From Eledone cirrhosa (taxonomy: Eukaryota): DNA of 64,000 bases. The notes below the pieces were generated by a model, which was not told the origin of the DNA, did no database searches, and worked only from the letters and a program-made list of their open reading frames with translations. Positions within the stretch are counted from its first letter, which is position 1; each line of letters starts with the position of its first letter. Shown here in pieces: positions 30,001-43,499 of the stretch. Location: positions 15,376,001-15,440,000 of the forward strand of contig OZ024742.1 of NCBI GenBank assembly GCA_964016885.1, in the 5' to 3' direction. A program made the position numbers and the translations under genes.

Positions 30001-33000
30001 GTAATATGTCCACTAGTTCCACTCTACCAATGTAGGATGTCCACTAGTTCCACTCTACCAATGTAGGATGTCCACTAGTTCTACTCTACCTATGTAGGAT
30101 GTCCACTAGTTCCACTCTACCAATGTAACACGTCCACTAGTTCCACTCTACCAATGTAATATGTCCGCTAGTTCCACTCTACCAATGTAATATGTCCACT
30201 AGTTCTACTCTACCTATGTAGGATGTCCACTAGTTCCACTCTATCAACGTAGGATGTCCACTAGTTCCACTCTATCAATGTAGGATGTCCACTAGTTCCA
30301 CTCTACCAATGTAATATGTCCACTAGTTCCACTCTACCAATGTAAGATGTCCACTAGTTCCACTCTACCAATGTAGGATGTCCACTAGTTCCACTCTACC
30401 AATGTAATATGTACACTAGTTCCACTCTACCAATGTAATATGTTCACTAGTTCCACTCTACCAATGTAATATGTCCACTAGTTCCACTCTACCAATGTAA
30501 TATGTCCACTAGTTCCACTCTACCAATGTAGGATGTCCACTAGTTCCACTCTACCAATGTAGGATGTCCACTAGTTCCACTCTACCAATGTAGGATGTCC
30601 ACTACTTCCACTCTACCAATGTAGGATGTCAACTAGTTCCACTCTACCAATGTAGGATGTACACTAATTCCACTCTACCAATGTAATATGTCCACTAGTT
30701 CTACTCTACCTATGTAGGATGTCCACTAGTTCCACTCTACCAATGTAGGATGTCCACTAGTTCCACTCTACCAATGTAATATGTCCACTAGTTCCACTCT
30801 ACCAATGTAATATGTTCACTAGTTCCACTCTACCATTGTAATATGTCCACTAGTTCCACTCTACCAATGTAGGATGTCCACTAGTTCCACTCTACCAATG
30901 TAATATGTCCACTAGTTCCACTCTACCAATGTAATATGTCCACTAGTTCCAATCTACCAATGTAGGATGTCCACTAGTTCCACTCTACCAATGTAGGATG
31001 TCCACTAGTTCCACTCTACCAATGTAATATGTCCACTAGTTCCACTCTACCAATGTAATATGTCCACTAGTTCCACTCTACCAATGTAATATGTTCACTA
31101 GTTCCACTCTACCAATGTAATATGTCCACTAGTTCCACTCTACCAATGTAATATGTCCACTAGTTCCACTCTACCAATGTAATATGTACACTAGTTCCAC
31201 TCTACCAATGTAATATGTTCACTAGTTCCTCTCTACCAATGTAATATGTTCACTAGTTCCACTCTACCTATGTAGGATGTCCACTAGTTCCACTCTACCA
31301 ATGTAGGATGTCCACTAGTTCCACTCTACCAATGTAATATGTCCACTAGTTCTACTCTACCTATGTAGGATGTCCACTAGTTCCACTCTACCAATGTAAC
31401 ATGTCCACTAGTTCCACTCTACCAATGTAGTATGTCCACTAGTTCCACTCTACCAATGTAATATGTCCACTAGTTCCACTCTACCAACGTAATATGTCCA
31501 CTAGTTCCACTCTACCAATGTAGTATGTCTACTAGTTCCACTCTACCAATGTAATATGTCCACTAGTTCCACTCTACCAATGTAATATGTACACTAGTTC
31601 CACTCTACCAATGTAATATGTTCACTAATTCCTCTCTACCAATGTAATATGTTCACTAGTTCCACTCTACCTATGTAATATGTCCACTAGTTCCACTCTA
31701 CCAATGTAATATGTCCACTAGTTCCACTCTACCAATGTAATATGTACACTAGTTCCACTCTACCAATGTAATATGTTCACTAATTCCTCTCTACCAATGT
31801 AATATGTTCACTAGTTCCACTCTACCAATGTAGGATGTCCACTAGTTCCACTCTACCAATGTAATATGTCCACTAGTTTCACTCTACCAACGTAAGATGT
31901 CCACTAGTTCCACTCTACCAATGTAGGATGTCCACTAGTTCCAATCTACCAATGTAATATATCCACTACTTCCACTCTACCAATGTAGGATGTCCACTAG
32001 TTCCACTCTACCAATGTAGGATGTCCACTAGTTCCACTCTACCAATGTAATATGTCCACTAGTTCCACTCTATCAATGTAATATGTCCACTAGTTCCACT
32101 CTATCAATGTAATATGTCCACTAGTTCCACTCTACCAATGTAATATGTCCACTAGTTCCACTCTACCAATGTAGGATGTCCACTAGTTCCACTCTACCAA
32201 TGTAATATGTCCACTAGTTCCACTCTACCAATGTAATATGTCCACTAGTTCCACTCTACCAATGTAACATGTCCACTAGTTCCACTCTACCAATGTAATA
32301 TGTCCACTAGTTCTACTCTACCTATGTAGGATGTCCACTAGTTCCACTCTACCAATGTAGGATGTCCACTAGTTCCACTCTACCAATGTAGGATGTCCAC
32401 TAGTTCCACTCTTCCAATGTAGGATGTCCACTAGTTCCACTCTACCAATGTAGGATGTCCACTAGTTCCACTCTACCAATGTAATATATCCACTACTTCC
32501 ACTCTACCAATGTAATATGTCCACTAGTTCCACTCTACCAATGTAGGATGTCCACTAGTTCAACTCTACCAATGTAATATGTCCACTAGTTCCACTCTAT
32601 CAATGTAATATGTCCACTAGTTCCACTCTACCAATGTAGGATGTCCACTAGTTCCACTCTACCAATGTAGGATGTCCACTAGTTCCACTCTACCAATGTA
32701 GGATGTACACTAGTTCTACTCTACCAATGTAATATGTCCACTAGTTCCACTCTACCAATGTAATATGTCCACTAGTTCCACTCTACCAATGTAGGATGTC
32801 CACTAGTTCCACTCTACCAATGTAATATGTCCACTAGTTCCACTCTACCAATGTAATATGTCCACTAGTTCCACTCTACCAATGTAATATGTCCACTAGT
32901 TCCACTCTACCAATGTAATATGTCCACTAGTTCCACTCTACCAGTGTAGGATGTCCACTAGTTCCACTCTACCAATGTAGGATGTACACTAGTTCCACTC

Positions 33001-36000
33001 TACCAATGTAGGATGTCCACTAGTTCCACTCTACCAATGTAGGATGTACACTAGTTCCACTCTACCAATGTAATATGTCCACTAGTTCCACTCTACCAAT
33101 GTAATATGTCCACTAGTTCCACTCTACCAATGTAGGATGTCCACTAGTTCCACTTTACCAATGTAGGATGTCCACTAGTTCCACTCTACCAATGTAGGAT
33201 GTCCACTAGTTCCACTCTACCAATGTAGGATGTCCACTAGTTCCACTCTACCAATGTAGGATGTACACTAGTTCCACTCTACCAATGTAATATGTCCACT
33301 AGTTCTACTCTACCTATGTAGGATGTCCACTAGTTCCACTCTACCAATGTAGGATGTCCACTAGTTTCAATCTACCAATGTAATATATCCACTACTTCCA
33401 CTCTACCAATGTAGGATGTCCACTAGTTCCACTCTACCAACGTAGGATGTCCACTAGTTCCACTCTACCAATGAAATATGTCCACTAGTTCCACTCTACC
33501 AATGTAATATGTTCACTATTTCCACTCTACCAATGTAATATTTCCACTAGTTCCTCTCTACCAATGTAATATGTCCACTAGTTCCACTCTACCAATGTAG
33601 GATGTCCACTAGTTCCACTCTACCAATGTAATATGTCCACTAGTTCCACTCTATCAATGTAATATGTCCACTAGTTCCACTCTACCAATGTAATATGTCC
33701 ACTAGTTCCACTCTACCAATGTAGGATGTCCACTAGTTCCACTCTACCAATGTAGGATGTCCACTAGTTCCACTCTACCAATGTAGGATGTCCACTAGTT
33801 CCACTCTACCAATGTAGGATGTACACTAGTTCCACTCTACCAATGTAATATGTCCACTAGTTCCACTCTACCAATGTAATAAGTCCACTAGTTCCACTCT
33901 ACCAATGTAGGATGTCCACTAGTTCCACTCTACCAATGTAGGATGTCCACTAGTTCCACTCTACCAATGTAATATGTCCACTAGTTCCACTCTACCAATG
34001 TAACAATTCCACTAGTTCCACTCTACCAATGTAATATGTCCACTAGTTCCACTCTACCAATGTAATATGTCCACTAGTTCTACTCTACCTATGTAGGATG
34101 TCCACTAGTTCCACTCTACCAATGTAGGATGTCCACTAGTTCCACTCTACCAATGTAGGATGTCCACTAGTTCCACTCTACCAATGTAGGATGTCCACTA
34201 GTTCCACTCTACTAATGTAATATGTCCACTAGTTCCACTCTACCAATGTAATATGTCCACTAGTTCCACTCTACCAATGTAAGATGTCCACTAGTTCCAC
34301 TCTACCAATGTAGGATGTCCACTAGTTCCACTCTACCAATGTAGGATGTCCACTAGTTCCACTCTACCAATGTAATATGTCCAGTAGTTCTACTCTACCT
34401 ATGTAGGATGTCCACTAGTTCCACTCTACCAATGTAGGATGTCCACTATTTCCACTCTACCAATGTAATATGTCCACTCTACCAATGTAATATGTCCACT
34501 AGTTCCACTCTACCAATGTATGATGTCCACTAGTTCCACTCTACCAAAGTAGGATGTCCACTAGTTCCACTCTACCAATGTAATATGTCCACTAGTTCCA
34601 CTCTACCAATGTAGGATGTCCACTAGTTCCACTCTACCAAAGTAGAATGTCCACTAGTTACACTCTACCAATGTAGGATGTCCACTAGTTCCACTCTACC
34701 AATGTAGGATGTCCACTAGTTCCACTCTACCAATGTTGGATGTCCATTAGTTCCACTCTACCAATTTAATATGTCCACTAGTTCCACTCTACCAATGTAA
34801 TATGTCCACTAGTTCCACTACCAATGTAGGATGTCCACTAGTTCCACTCTACCAATGTAATATGTCCACTAGTTCCACTCTACCAATGTAATATGTCCAC
34901 TAGTTCCACTCTACCAATGTAATATGTCCACTAGTTCCACTCTACCAATGTAATATGTCCACTAGTTCCACTCTACCAATGTAGGATGTCCACTAGTTCC
35001 ACTCTACCAATGCAGGATGTCCACTAGTTCCACTCTACCAATGTAATATGTCCACTAGTTCCACTCTACCAATGTAATATGTCCACTAGTTCCACTCTAC
35101 CAATGTAATATGTCCACTAGTTCCACTACCAATGTAGGATCTCCACTAGTTCCACTCTACCAATGTAGGATATCCACTAGTTCCACTCTACCAATGTAGG
35201 ATGTCCACTAGTTCCACTCTACCAATGTAATATGTCCACTAGTTCCACTCTACCAATGTAGGATGTCCACTAGTTCCACTCTACCAATGTAATATGTCCA
35301 CTAGTTCCACTCTACCAATGTAACATGTCCACTAGTTCCACTCTACCAATGTAATATGTCCACTAGTTCTACTCTACCTATGTAGGATGTCCACTAGTTC
35401 CACTCTACCAATGTTGGATGTCCACTAGTTCCACTCTACCAATTTAATATGTCCACTAGTTCCACTCTACCAATGTAATATGTCCACTAGTTCCACTACC
35501 AATGTAAGATGTCCACTAGTTCCACTCTACCAATGTAATATGTCCACTAGTTCCACTCTACCAATGTAATATGTCCACTAGTTCCACTCTACAAATGTAA
35601 TATGTCCACTAGTTCCACTCTACCAATGTAATATGTCCACTAGTTCCACTCTACCAATGTAGGATGTCCACTAGTTCCACTCTACCAATGCAGGATGTCC
35701 ACTAGTTCCACTCTACCAATGTAATATGTCCACTAGTTCCACTCTACCAATGTAATATGTCCACTAGTTCCACTCTACCAATGTAATATGTCCACTAGTT
35801 CCACTACCAATGTAGGATCTCCACTAGTTCCACTCTACCAATGTAGGATATCCACTAGTTCCACTCTACCAATGTAGGATGTCCACTAGTTCCACTCTAC
35901 CAATGTAATATGTCCACTAGTTCCACTCTACCAATGTAATATGTCCACTAGTTCCACTTTACCAATGTAGCATGTCCACTAGTTCCACTCTACCAATGTA

Positions 36001-39000
36001 ATATGTCCACTAGTTCCACTCTACCAATGTAATATGTCCACTAGTTCCACTCTACCAATGTAGGATGTCCACTAGTTCCACTCTACCAATGTAGGATGTC
36101 CACTAGTTCCACTCTACCAATGTAGGATGTCCACTAGTTCCACTCTACCAATGTAGGATGTCCACTAGTTCCACTCTACCAATGTAGGATGTACACTAGT
36201 TCCACTCTACCAATGTAATATGTCCACTAGTTCCACTCTACCAATGTAATATGTCCACTAGTTCCACTCTACCAATGTAATATGTCCACTAGTTCCACTC
36301 TACTAATGTAGGATGTCCACTAGTTCCACTCTACCAATGTAATATGTCCACTAGTTCCACTCTACCAATGTAACATGTCCACTAGTTCCACTCTACCAAT
36401 GTAATATGTCCACTAGTTCTACTCTACCTATGTAGGATGTCCACTAGTTCCACTCTACCAATGTAGGATGTCCACTAGTTCCTCTCTACCAATGTAGGAT
36501 GTCCACTAGTTCCACTCTACTAATGTAATATGTCCACTAGTTCCACTCTACCTATGTAGGATGTCCACTAGTTCCACTCTACCAATGTAGGATGTCCACT
36601 AGTTCCACTCCACCAATATAATATGTCCACTAGTTCCACTCTACCTATGTAGGATGTCCACTAGTTCCACTCTACCAATGTAATATGTCCACTAGTTCTA
36701 CTCTACCTATGTAGGATGTCCACTAGTTCCACTCTACCAATGTAATATGTCCACTAGTTCCACTCTATCAATGTAGGATGTCCACTAGTTCCACTCTACC
36801 AATGTAATATGTCCACTAGTTCCACTCTACCAATGTAGGATGTCCACTAGTTCCACTCTACCAATGTAACATGTCCACTAGTTCCACTCTACCAATGTAG
36901 GATATCCACTAGTTCCACTCTACCAATGTAGGATGTCCACTAGTTCCACTCTACCAATGTAGGATGTCCACTAGTTCCACTCTACCAATGTAACATGTCC
37001 ACTAGTTCCACTCTACCAATGTAGGATGTCCACTAGTTCCACTCTACCAATGTAGGATGTCCACTAGTTCCACTCTACCAATGTAACATGTCCACTAGTT
37101 CCACTCTACCAATGTAGGATGTCCACTAGTTCCACTCTACCAATGTAATATGTCCACTAGTTCCACTCTACCAATGTAGGATATCCACTAGTTCCACTCT
37201 ACCAATGTAGGATGTCCACTAGTTCCACTCTACCAATGTAGGATGTCCACTAGTTCCACTCTATCAATGTAATATTTCCACTAGTTCCACTCTACCAATG
37301 TAATATGTCCACTAGTTTCACTCTACCAATGTAACATGTCCACTAGTTCCACTCTACCAATGTAATATGTCCACTAGTTCCACTCTACCAATGTAATATG
37401 TCCACTAGTTCCACTCTACCAATGTAATATGTTCACTAGTTTCACTCTACCAATGTAACATGTCCACTAGTTCCACTCTACCAATGTAATATGTCCACTA
37501 GTTCCACTCTACCAATGTAATATGTCCACTAGTTCCACTCTACCAATGTAACATGTCCACTAGTTCCACTCTACCAATGTAATATGTCCACTAGTTCCAC
37601 TCTACCAATGTAACATGTCCACTAGTTCCACTCTACCAATGTAATATGTCCACTAGTTCCACTCTACCAATGTAATATGTCCACTAGTTCCACTCTACCA
37701 ATGTAATATGTCCACTAGTTCCACTCTACCAATGTAATATGTCCACTAGTTCCACTCTTCCAATGTAACATGTCCACTAGTTCCACACTACCAATGTAAT
37801 ATGTCCACTAGTTCCACTCTACCAATGTAATATGTCCACTAGTTCCACTACCAATGTAGGATCTCCACTAGTTCCACTCTACCAATGTAGGATATCCACT
37901 AGTTCCACTCTACCAATGTAGGATGTCCACTAGTTCCACTCTACCAATGTAATATGTCCACTAGTTCCACTCTACCAATGTAATATGTCCACTAGTTCCA
38001 CTTTACCAATGTAGCATGTCCACTAGTTCCACTCTACCAATGTAGGATGTCCACTAGTTCCACTCTACCAATGTAATATGTCCACTAGTTCCACTCTACC
38101 AATGTAATATGTCCACTAGTTCCACTCTACCAATGTAGGATGTCCACTAGTTCCACTCTACCAATGTAGGATGTCCACTAGTTCCACTCTACCAATGTAG
38201 GATGTCCACTAGTTCCACTCTACCAATGTAGGATGTCCACTAGTTCCACTCTACCAATGTAGGATGTCCACTAGTTCCACTCTACCAATGTAGGATGTCC
38301 ACTAGTTCCACTCTACCAATGTAGGATGTCCACTAGTTCCACTCTACCAATGTAGGATGTCCACTAGTTCCACTCTACCAATGTAGGATGTCCACTAGTT
38401 CCACTCTACCAATGTAATATGTCCACTAGTTCCACTCTACCAATGTAATATGTCCACTAGTTCCACTCTACCAATGTAGGATGTCCACTAGTTCCACTCT
38501 ACCAATGTAGGATGTCCACTAGTTCCACTCTACCAATGTAGGATGTCCACTAGTTCCACTCTACCAATGTAGGATGTCCACTAGTTCCACTCTACCAATG
38601 TAGGATGTCCACTAGTTCCACTCTACCAATGTAGGATGTCCACTAGTTCCACTCTACCAATGTAGGATGTCCACTAGTTCCACTCTACCAATGTAGGATG
38701 TCCACTAGTTCCACTCTACCAATGTAGGATGTCCACTAGTTCCACTCTACCAATGTAGGATGTCCACTAGTTCCACTCTACCAATGTAGGATGTCCACTA
38801 GTTCCACTCTACCAATGTAATATGTCCACTAGTTCCACTCTACCAATGTAATATGTCCACTAGTTCCACTCTACCAATGTAGGATGTCCACTAGTTCCAC
38901 TCTACCAATGTAGGATGTCCACTAGTTCCACTCTACCAATGTAGGATGTCCACTAGTTCCACTCTACCAATGTAGGATGTCCACTAGTTCCACTCTACCA

Positions 39001-40761
39001 ATGTAGGATGTACACTAGTTCCACTCTACCAATGTAATATGTCCACTAGTTCCACTCTACCAATGTAATATGTCCACTAGTTCCACTCTACCAATGTAAT
39101 ATGTCCACTAGTTCCACTCTACTAATGTAGGATGTCCACTAGTTCCACTCTACCAATGTAATATGTCCACTAGTTCCACTCTACCAATGTAACATGTCCA
39201 CTAGTTCCACTCTACCAATGTAATATGTCCACTAGTTCTACTCTACCTATGTAGGATGTCCACTAGTTCCACTCTACCAATGTAGGATGTCCACTAGTTC
39301 CACTCTACCAATGTAGGATGTCCACTAGTTCCACTCTACTAATGTAATATGTCCACTAGTTCCACTCTACCTATGTAGGATGTCCACTAGTTCCACTCTA
39401 CCAATGTAGGATGTCCACTAGTTCCACTCCACCAATGTAATATGTCCACTAGTTCCACTCTACCTATGTAGGATGTCCACTAGTTCCACTCTACCAATGT
39501 AATATGTCCACTAGTTCCACTCTACCTATGTAGGATGTCCACTAGTTCCACTCTACCAATGTAATATGTCCACTAGTTCCACTCTATCAATGTAGGATGT
39601 CCACTAGTTCCACTCTACCAATGTAATATGTCCACTAGTTCCACTCTACCAATGTAGGATGTCCACTAGTTCCACTCTACCAATGTAACATGTCCACTAG
39701 TTCCACTCTACCAATGTAGGATATCCACTAGTTCCACTCTACCAATGTAGGATGTCCACTAGTTCCACTCTACCAATGTAGGATGTCCACTAGTTCCACT
39801 CTACCAATGTAACATGTCCACTAGTTCCACTCTACCAATGTAGGATGTCCACTAGTTCCACTCTACCAATGTAGGATGTCCACTAGTTCCACTCTACCAA
39901 TGTAACATGTCCACTAGTTCCACTCTACCAATGTAGGATGTCCACTAGTTCCACTCTACCAATGTAATATGTCCACTAGTTCCACTCTACCAATGTAGGA
40001 TATCCACTAGTTCCACTCTACCAATGTAGGATGTCCACTAGTTCCACTCTACCAATGTAGGATGTCCACTAGTTCCACTCTATCAATGTAATATTTCCAC
40101 TAGTTCCACTCTACCAATGTAATATGTCCACTAGTTTCACTCTACCAATGTAACATGTCCACTAGTTCCACTCTACCAATGTAATATGTCCACTAGTTCC
40201 ACTCTACCAATGTAATATGTCCACTAGTTCCACTCTACCAATGTAATATGTCCACTAGTTTCACTCTACCAATGTAACATGTCCACTAGTTCCACTCTAC
40301 CAATGTAATATGTCCACTAGTTCCACTCTACCAATGTAATATGTCCACTAGTTCCACTCTACCAATGTAACATGTCCACTAGTTCCACTCTACCAATGTA
40401 ATATGTCCACTAGTTCCACTCTACCAATGTAACATGTCCACTAGTTCCACTCTACCAATGTAATATGTCCACTAGTTCCACTCTACCAATGTAATATGTC
40501 CACTAGTTCCACTCTACCAATGTAATATGTCCACTAGTTCCACTCTACCAATGTAATATGTCCACTAGTTCCACTCTACCAATGTAACATGTCCACTAGT
40601 TCCACTCTACCAATGTAATATGTCCACTAGTTCCACTCTACCAATGTAACATGTCCACTAGTTCCACTCTACCAATGTAATATGTCCACTAGTTCCACTC
40701 TACCAATGTAACATGTCCACTAGTTCCACTCTACCAATGTAATATGTCCACTAGTTCCACT
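1..40761. repeat. 31-bp satellite array (Sat1), consensus GTCCACTAGTTCCACTCTACCAATGTA(AT/GG)AT, about 1,300 monomers, runs off the left edge
   Basis: Uninterrupted head-to-tail 31-mers with rare substitutions and small deletions. Ends abruptly at ...CTAGTTCCACT|GCTGAAG. No spacers. Confidence 0.99.
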
Positions 40762-40828
40762 GCTGAAGTTTAACCCTTTTTATTTTAAACTGTCTAAAAG
40801 TAACTTTGGTTCTATGATACTTATTTTC

Positions 40829-41035
40829 TAACTCTTTAGCATTTACATTACTATTATAATATCATGGTAAGGGTTTATCTCACATACTATCGAATCTACA
40901 AGATTTTGATGATATTATTTATTTTGAGAACAATATCTTAACGTCAGTATGAGTGGCGCCAGTTATGGCTGGTTTAAACAGAAAGAGCTGAGACAATTAT
41001 GGCTGAATATGGCCGGTTTAAATGCTAAAGGGTTA
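40829..41035 (+). mobile_element. piggyBac-type MITE family A
   Basis: Inverted termini TAACTCTTTAGCATTTA / TAAATGCTAAAGGGTTA (1 mismatch). Colinear with the copy at 43685-43913. Confidence 0.85.
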
Positions 41036-41062
41036 CTAAAGTGTTTGTTTGAAGCATTGTGG

Positions 41063-41615
41063 AATATGAGATGGAAATATTAGGAAATAAGTTTGGTTAT
41101 TTGGAAGCTTGACTTTGTGTGTTTGGTAAAAGTGGCAAGGTAATAAGTATTTGAGAAAGTAGGTCCTCAGAGAGAAACCTGAGAAATGTCATTTGTGGCT
41201 GTTTGATTTAATTAATTGGATGGAAAATCTGAAAATATTTGGGACCATTAAATTTGCTAAGGTAACTTTCTATCACCCTCAGTCTTTTATTTCAGTTCAT
41301 TTTATTCTTTTACCTAGTTTCTCAAATACTTAGGATTGGTAGTATCGGTAGAGGGTCGGAGTTACGGGCCTTTACAATCTAAGTTAAAATCCCATTGAGG
41401 TTAACTTTGCCTTTCATCCTTACGGGGTCAATAAAATAAAGTACCAGTTATGCACTGGGATAATTGCTGGCCTTGTACCAAAAGTAGAAACAACTTATTA
41501 CCTTGCCACTTCTACCTACTTTCTCAAATACTTACTACTTTGCCTCTTTTACCAAACAGGCATTGTTGAGCTTCCAAATAACTAAACTTATTTCCTAGTA
41601 TTTGGATCTCATATT
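41063..41615. mobile_element. Foldback/MITE-like element with ~100-bp inverted arms
   Basis: 41063-41164 (AATATGAGATGGAAATATTAGGAAATAAGTTTGGTTATTTGGAAGC...GAGAAAGTAGGT) is the approximate reverse complement of 41514-41615. Confidence 0.8.
41333..41497 (+). mobile_element. tRNA-derived SINE family 1 (internally deleted copy)
   Basis: Shares the core GAGGTTAACTTTGCCTTTCATCCTTACGGGGTCAATAAAATAAAGTACCAG with three other copies. ACTTA occurs on both flanks. Confidence 0.85.
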
Positions 41616-41825
41616 GTTTGTTTAACATGTTTATATTTACCTAGATCCCTTCCATCATAATTCTATGTAAGAACCTTTCTTAAGTTATGCTCCACCACCA
41701 GCTTAACAATGGGAATGATAGTTATATTACTAACTCACTGAAAACTCTTGATTTTCAAACTTATTTGAAAATCATAGACAAAGTATTTCATTGGAAATGT
41801 AACAGAATCTAATGTTGTTGATGAA

Positions 41826-41943
41826 TTGCTGTTGTTTAGCCCTAGGTCAACAAACATGGCTTTCATGCCATGTAAATTGTGTCTTATTTGAGATGGTGGT
41901 GTTTGGTTTAAGAGAGATTTAGTTTATTTCTCTAGCAGGGTCA
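41826..41943. repeat. Degenerate interspersed repeat, similar to 43125-43292
   Basis: Shared blocks GTTTAGCCC(T/C)AGG...AGATGGT...GAGATTT...TCTAGCAGG. Confidence 0.55.
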
Positions 41944-41973
41944 CAGGTTAGATTATATGGTAGAACATTAAAA

Positions 41974-42106
41974 ATGATGATGGTGATAATGATGCTGATG
42001 GTGGTGGTGGTGGTGGTGATGGTGATGGTGGTGGTGGTATTGATGGTGGTGATGATGATGTTGATGGTGATGATGGTGATGGTAGTAATGATGATGCTGA
42101 TGCTGA
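41974..42106. repeat. Compound (GAT/GGT)n microsatellite
   Basis: Direct reading. Confidence 0.95.
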
Positions 42107-42274
42107 TTAGACTGTTTTACAGTATTTAGTTTTCATCCTTCTGTGTCCAAAATAAACAAAATAAGTTCTAGAAAATATTGTTTTTCAGTCTATGATGTGA
42201 TGGGGTGAGGTTGGACAAGACTTTTTATACTTCGATGTCTCACCTGATGCCAACTCATAGTTTATTTTCAAGAA

Positions 42275-42837
42275 TGAGACCATAGTATCTAGATTAAGGA
42301 TGGGTTGGAAGAAGTTTAGGGAGCTGCTTCCTCTGCTGGCGAAGAAGGGTTTCTCCCTGCGTACGAAAGGTCGGTTATATGATGCCTGTGTGAGATGCGT
42401 GATGCTGCATGGTAGTGAGACATGGGCAGCAACTGCATAGGATATGTGACGGCTGGAGAGAAATGAGGCAAGCATGCTCCGTTGGATGTGCAATGTCAAT
42501 GTGTGTGAACGACCAAGCATCGATGAGTTGAGAGAGAAACTGTGTTTAAGAGGGATAAATTGTAGTGTGCGCGAGAGGAGACTGCGATGGTATGGACATG
42601 TGATGTGCATGGAGGATGACCGATGGGTGAAGAAGTGCCAGGAATTGCCAGTTGAAAGAAGACGTGGTAGAGGTAGACCACGAAAAACATGGGCGGAGGT
42701 GGTGAGAGCAGACCTCAGATTGCTGAAACTCACAGTGGAGATGATGAAGTACCGTGACAAGTGGAGAGATGCTGTGCTGAATAGCACCCATCCCACCCTT
42801 GCAAGCAGGGAAAAGTGGATGTAAAATGATGATGATG
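42275..42837 (+). mobile_element. 5'-truncated, decayed RTE LINE 3' fragment (RTE-a)
   Basis: Translates GWKKFRELLPLL...LHGSETW...RLERNEASMLRWMC...RRLRWYGHV...GRPRKTW with two in-frame stops. Ends in the 3' stem-loop and a (GAT)n tail. Confidence 0.95.
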
Positions 42838-43124
42838 TATATCTTGCTAACATTTGTTGAGCTGCAACCACAGTCCTTATGACTGTTCAAATATCATTGT
42901 TGTTGTTATGTTAATGACAATGTCAGTAAGACTAGATTATTTGGAATATCCAAAGTTTAATGCCAATACATCTCTGAATTCAAATCTTACTTTTTATGTA
43001 CTGTCTTTTTATTCTTCAGGATTTGTTTTAAAAAGAAAATGTACCAGAATTTCGTTTTGATTTGTTTTCTCTTCCTGTGTAGAATTTATTTGTCAGCTCT
43101 TCATTAATGTTATTGTTGTTGTGT

Positions 43125-43292
43125 GCTGCTGTTTAGCCCCAGGCTATCCCTCATCAAGCTTATTTACCTGTTTATCTTAATTGAGTGTATCTATGATTAT
43201 ATTATCCAGTATGTTCCTATTTTCATCAAGATGGTAGAATGTGATTTGAGGGAGATTTGCCAGCCATTTCTAGCAGGTTGAACGGTTGCATG
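43125..43292. repeat. Degenerate interspersed repeat, similar to 41826-41943
   Basis: GTTTAGCCCCAGG...GTGATTTGAGGGAGATTTG...ATTTCTAGCAGG. Confidence 0.55.
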
Positions 43293-43499
43293 GCAGCTCT
43301 CTTGTGACAGTATTCTAAATGGCATTTAACTTGAACCATATTGTGATGCCAAATTTTTCTTTATTTTATTATGCCTTTTTTTTTGTATCTTTTATCTATG
43401 TATTATTTTCTGTTATTGCTGGGTTGGGTTTGGAAAATTGTTGGAATTGTTTATGTTCCCAACGTTGGTTCTCTCATTGTCTTTCAGGAAATGATTCTA

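Larger units (their letters stand above)
40770..41810 (+). mobile_element. TTAA-CCC MITE family B copy, fragmented by nested insertions
   Basis: TTAACCCTTTT at 40770, followed by sequence similar to the family B left end. About 41620-41800 (CCTTCCATCATAATTCTATGTAAGAACC...CACCAGCTTAA) matches 58090-58215. Confidence 0.6.

Noticed and set aside
1-40761. CRISPR array (31-bp repeats)
   Set aside because: Monomers are contiguous with no unique spacers, there are no cas genes, and the context is eukaryotic.
1-40761. Repetitive protein-coding region or telomeric repeat
   Set aside because: The 31-bp period cycles all frames through TAG/TAA stops on both strands and no ORF is reported. There is no TTAGGG-like unit.
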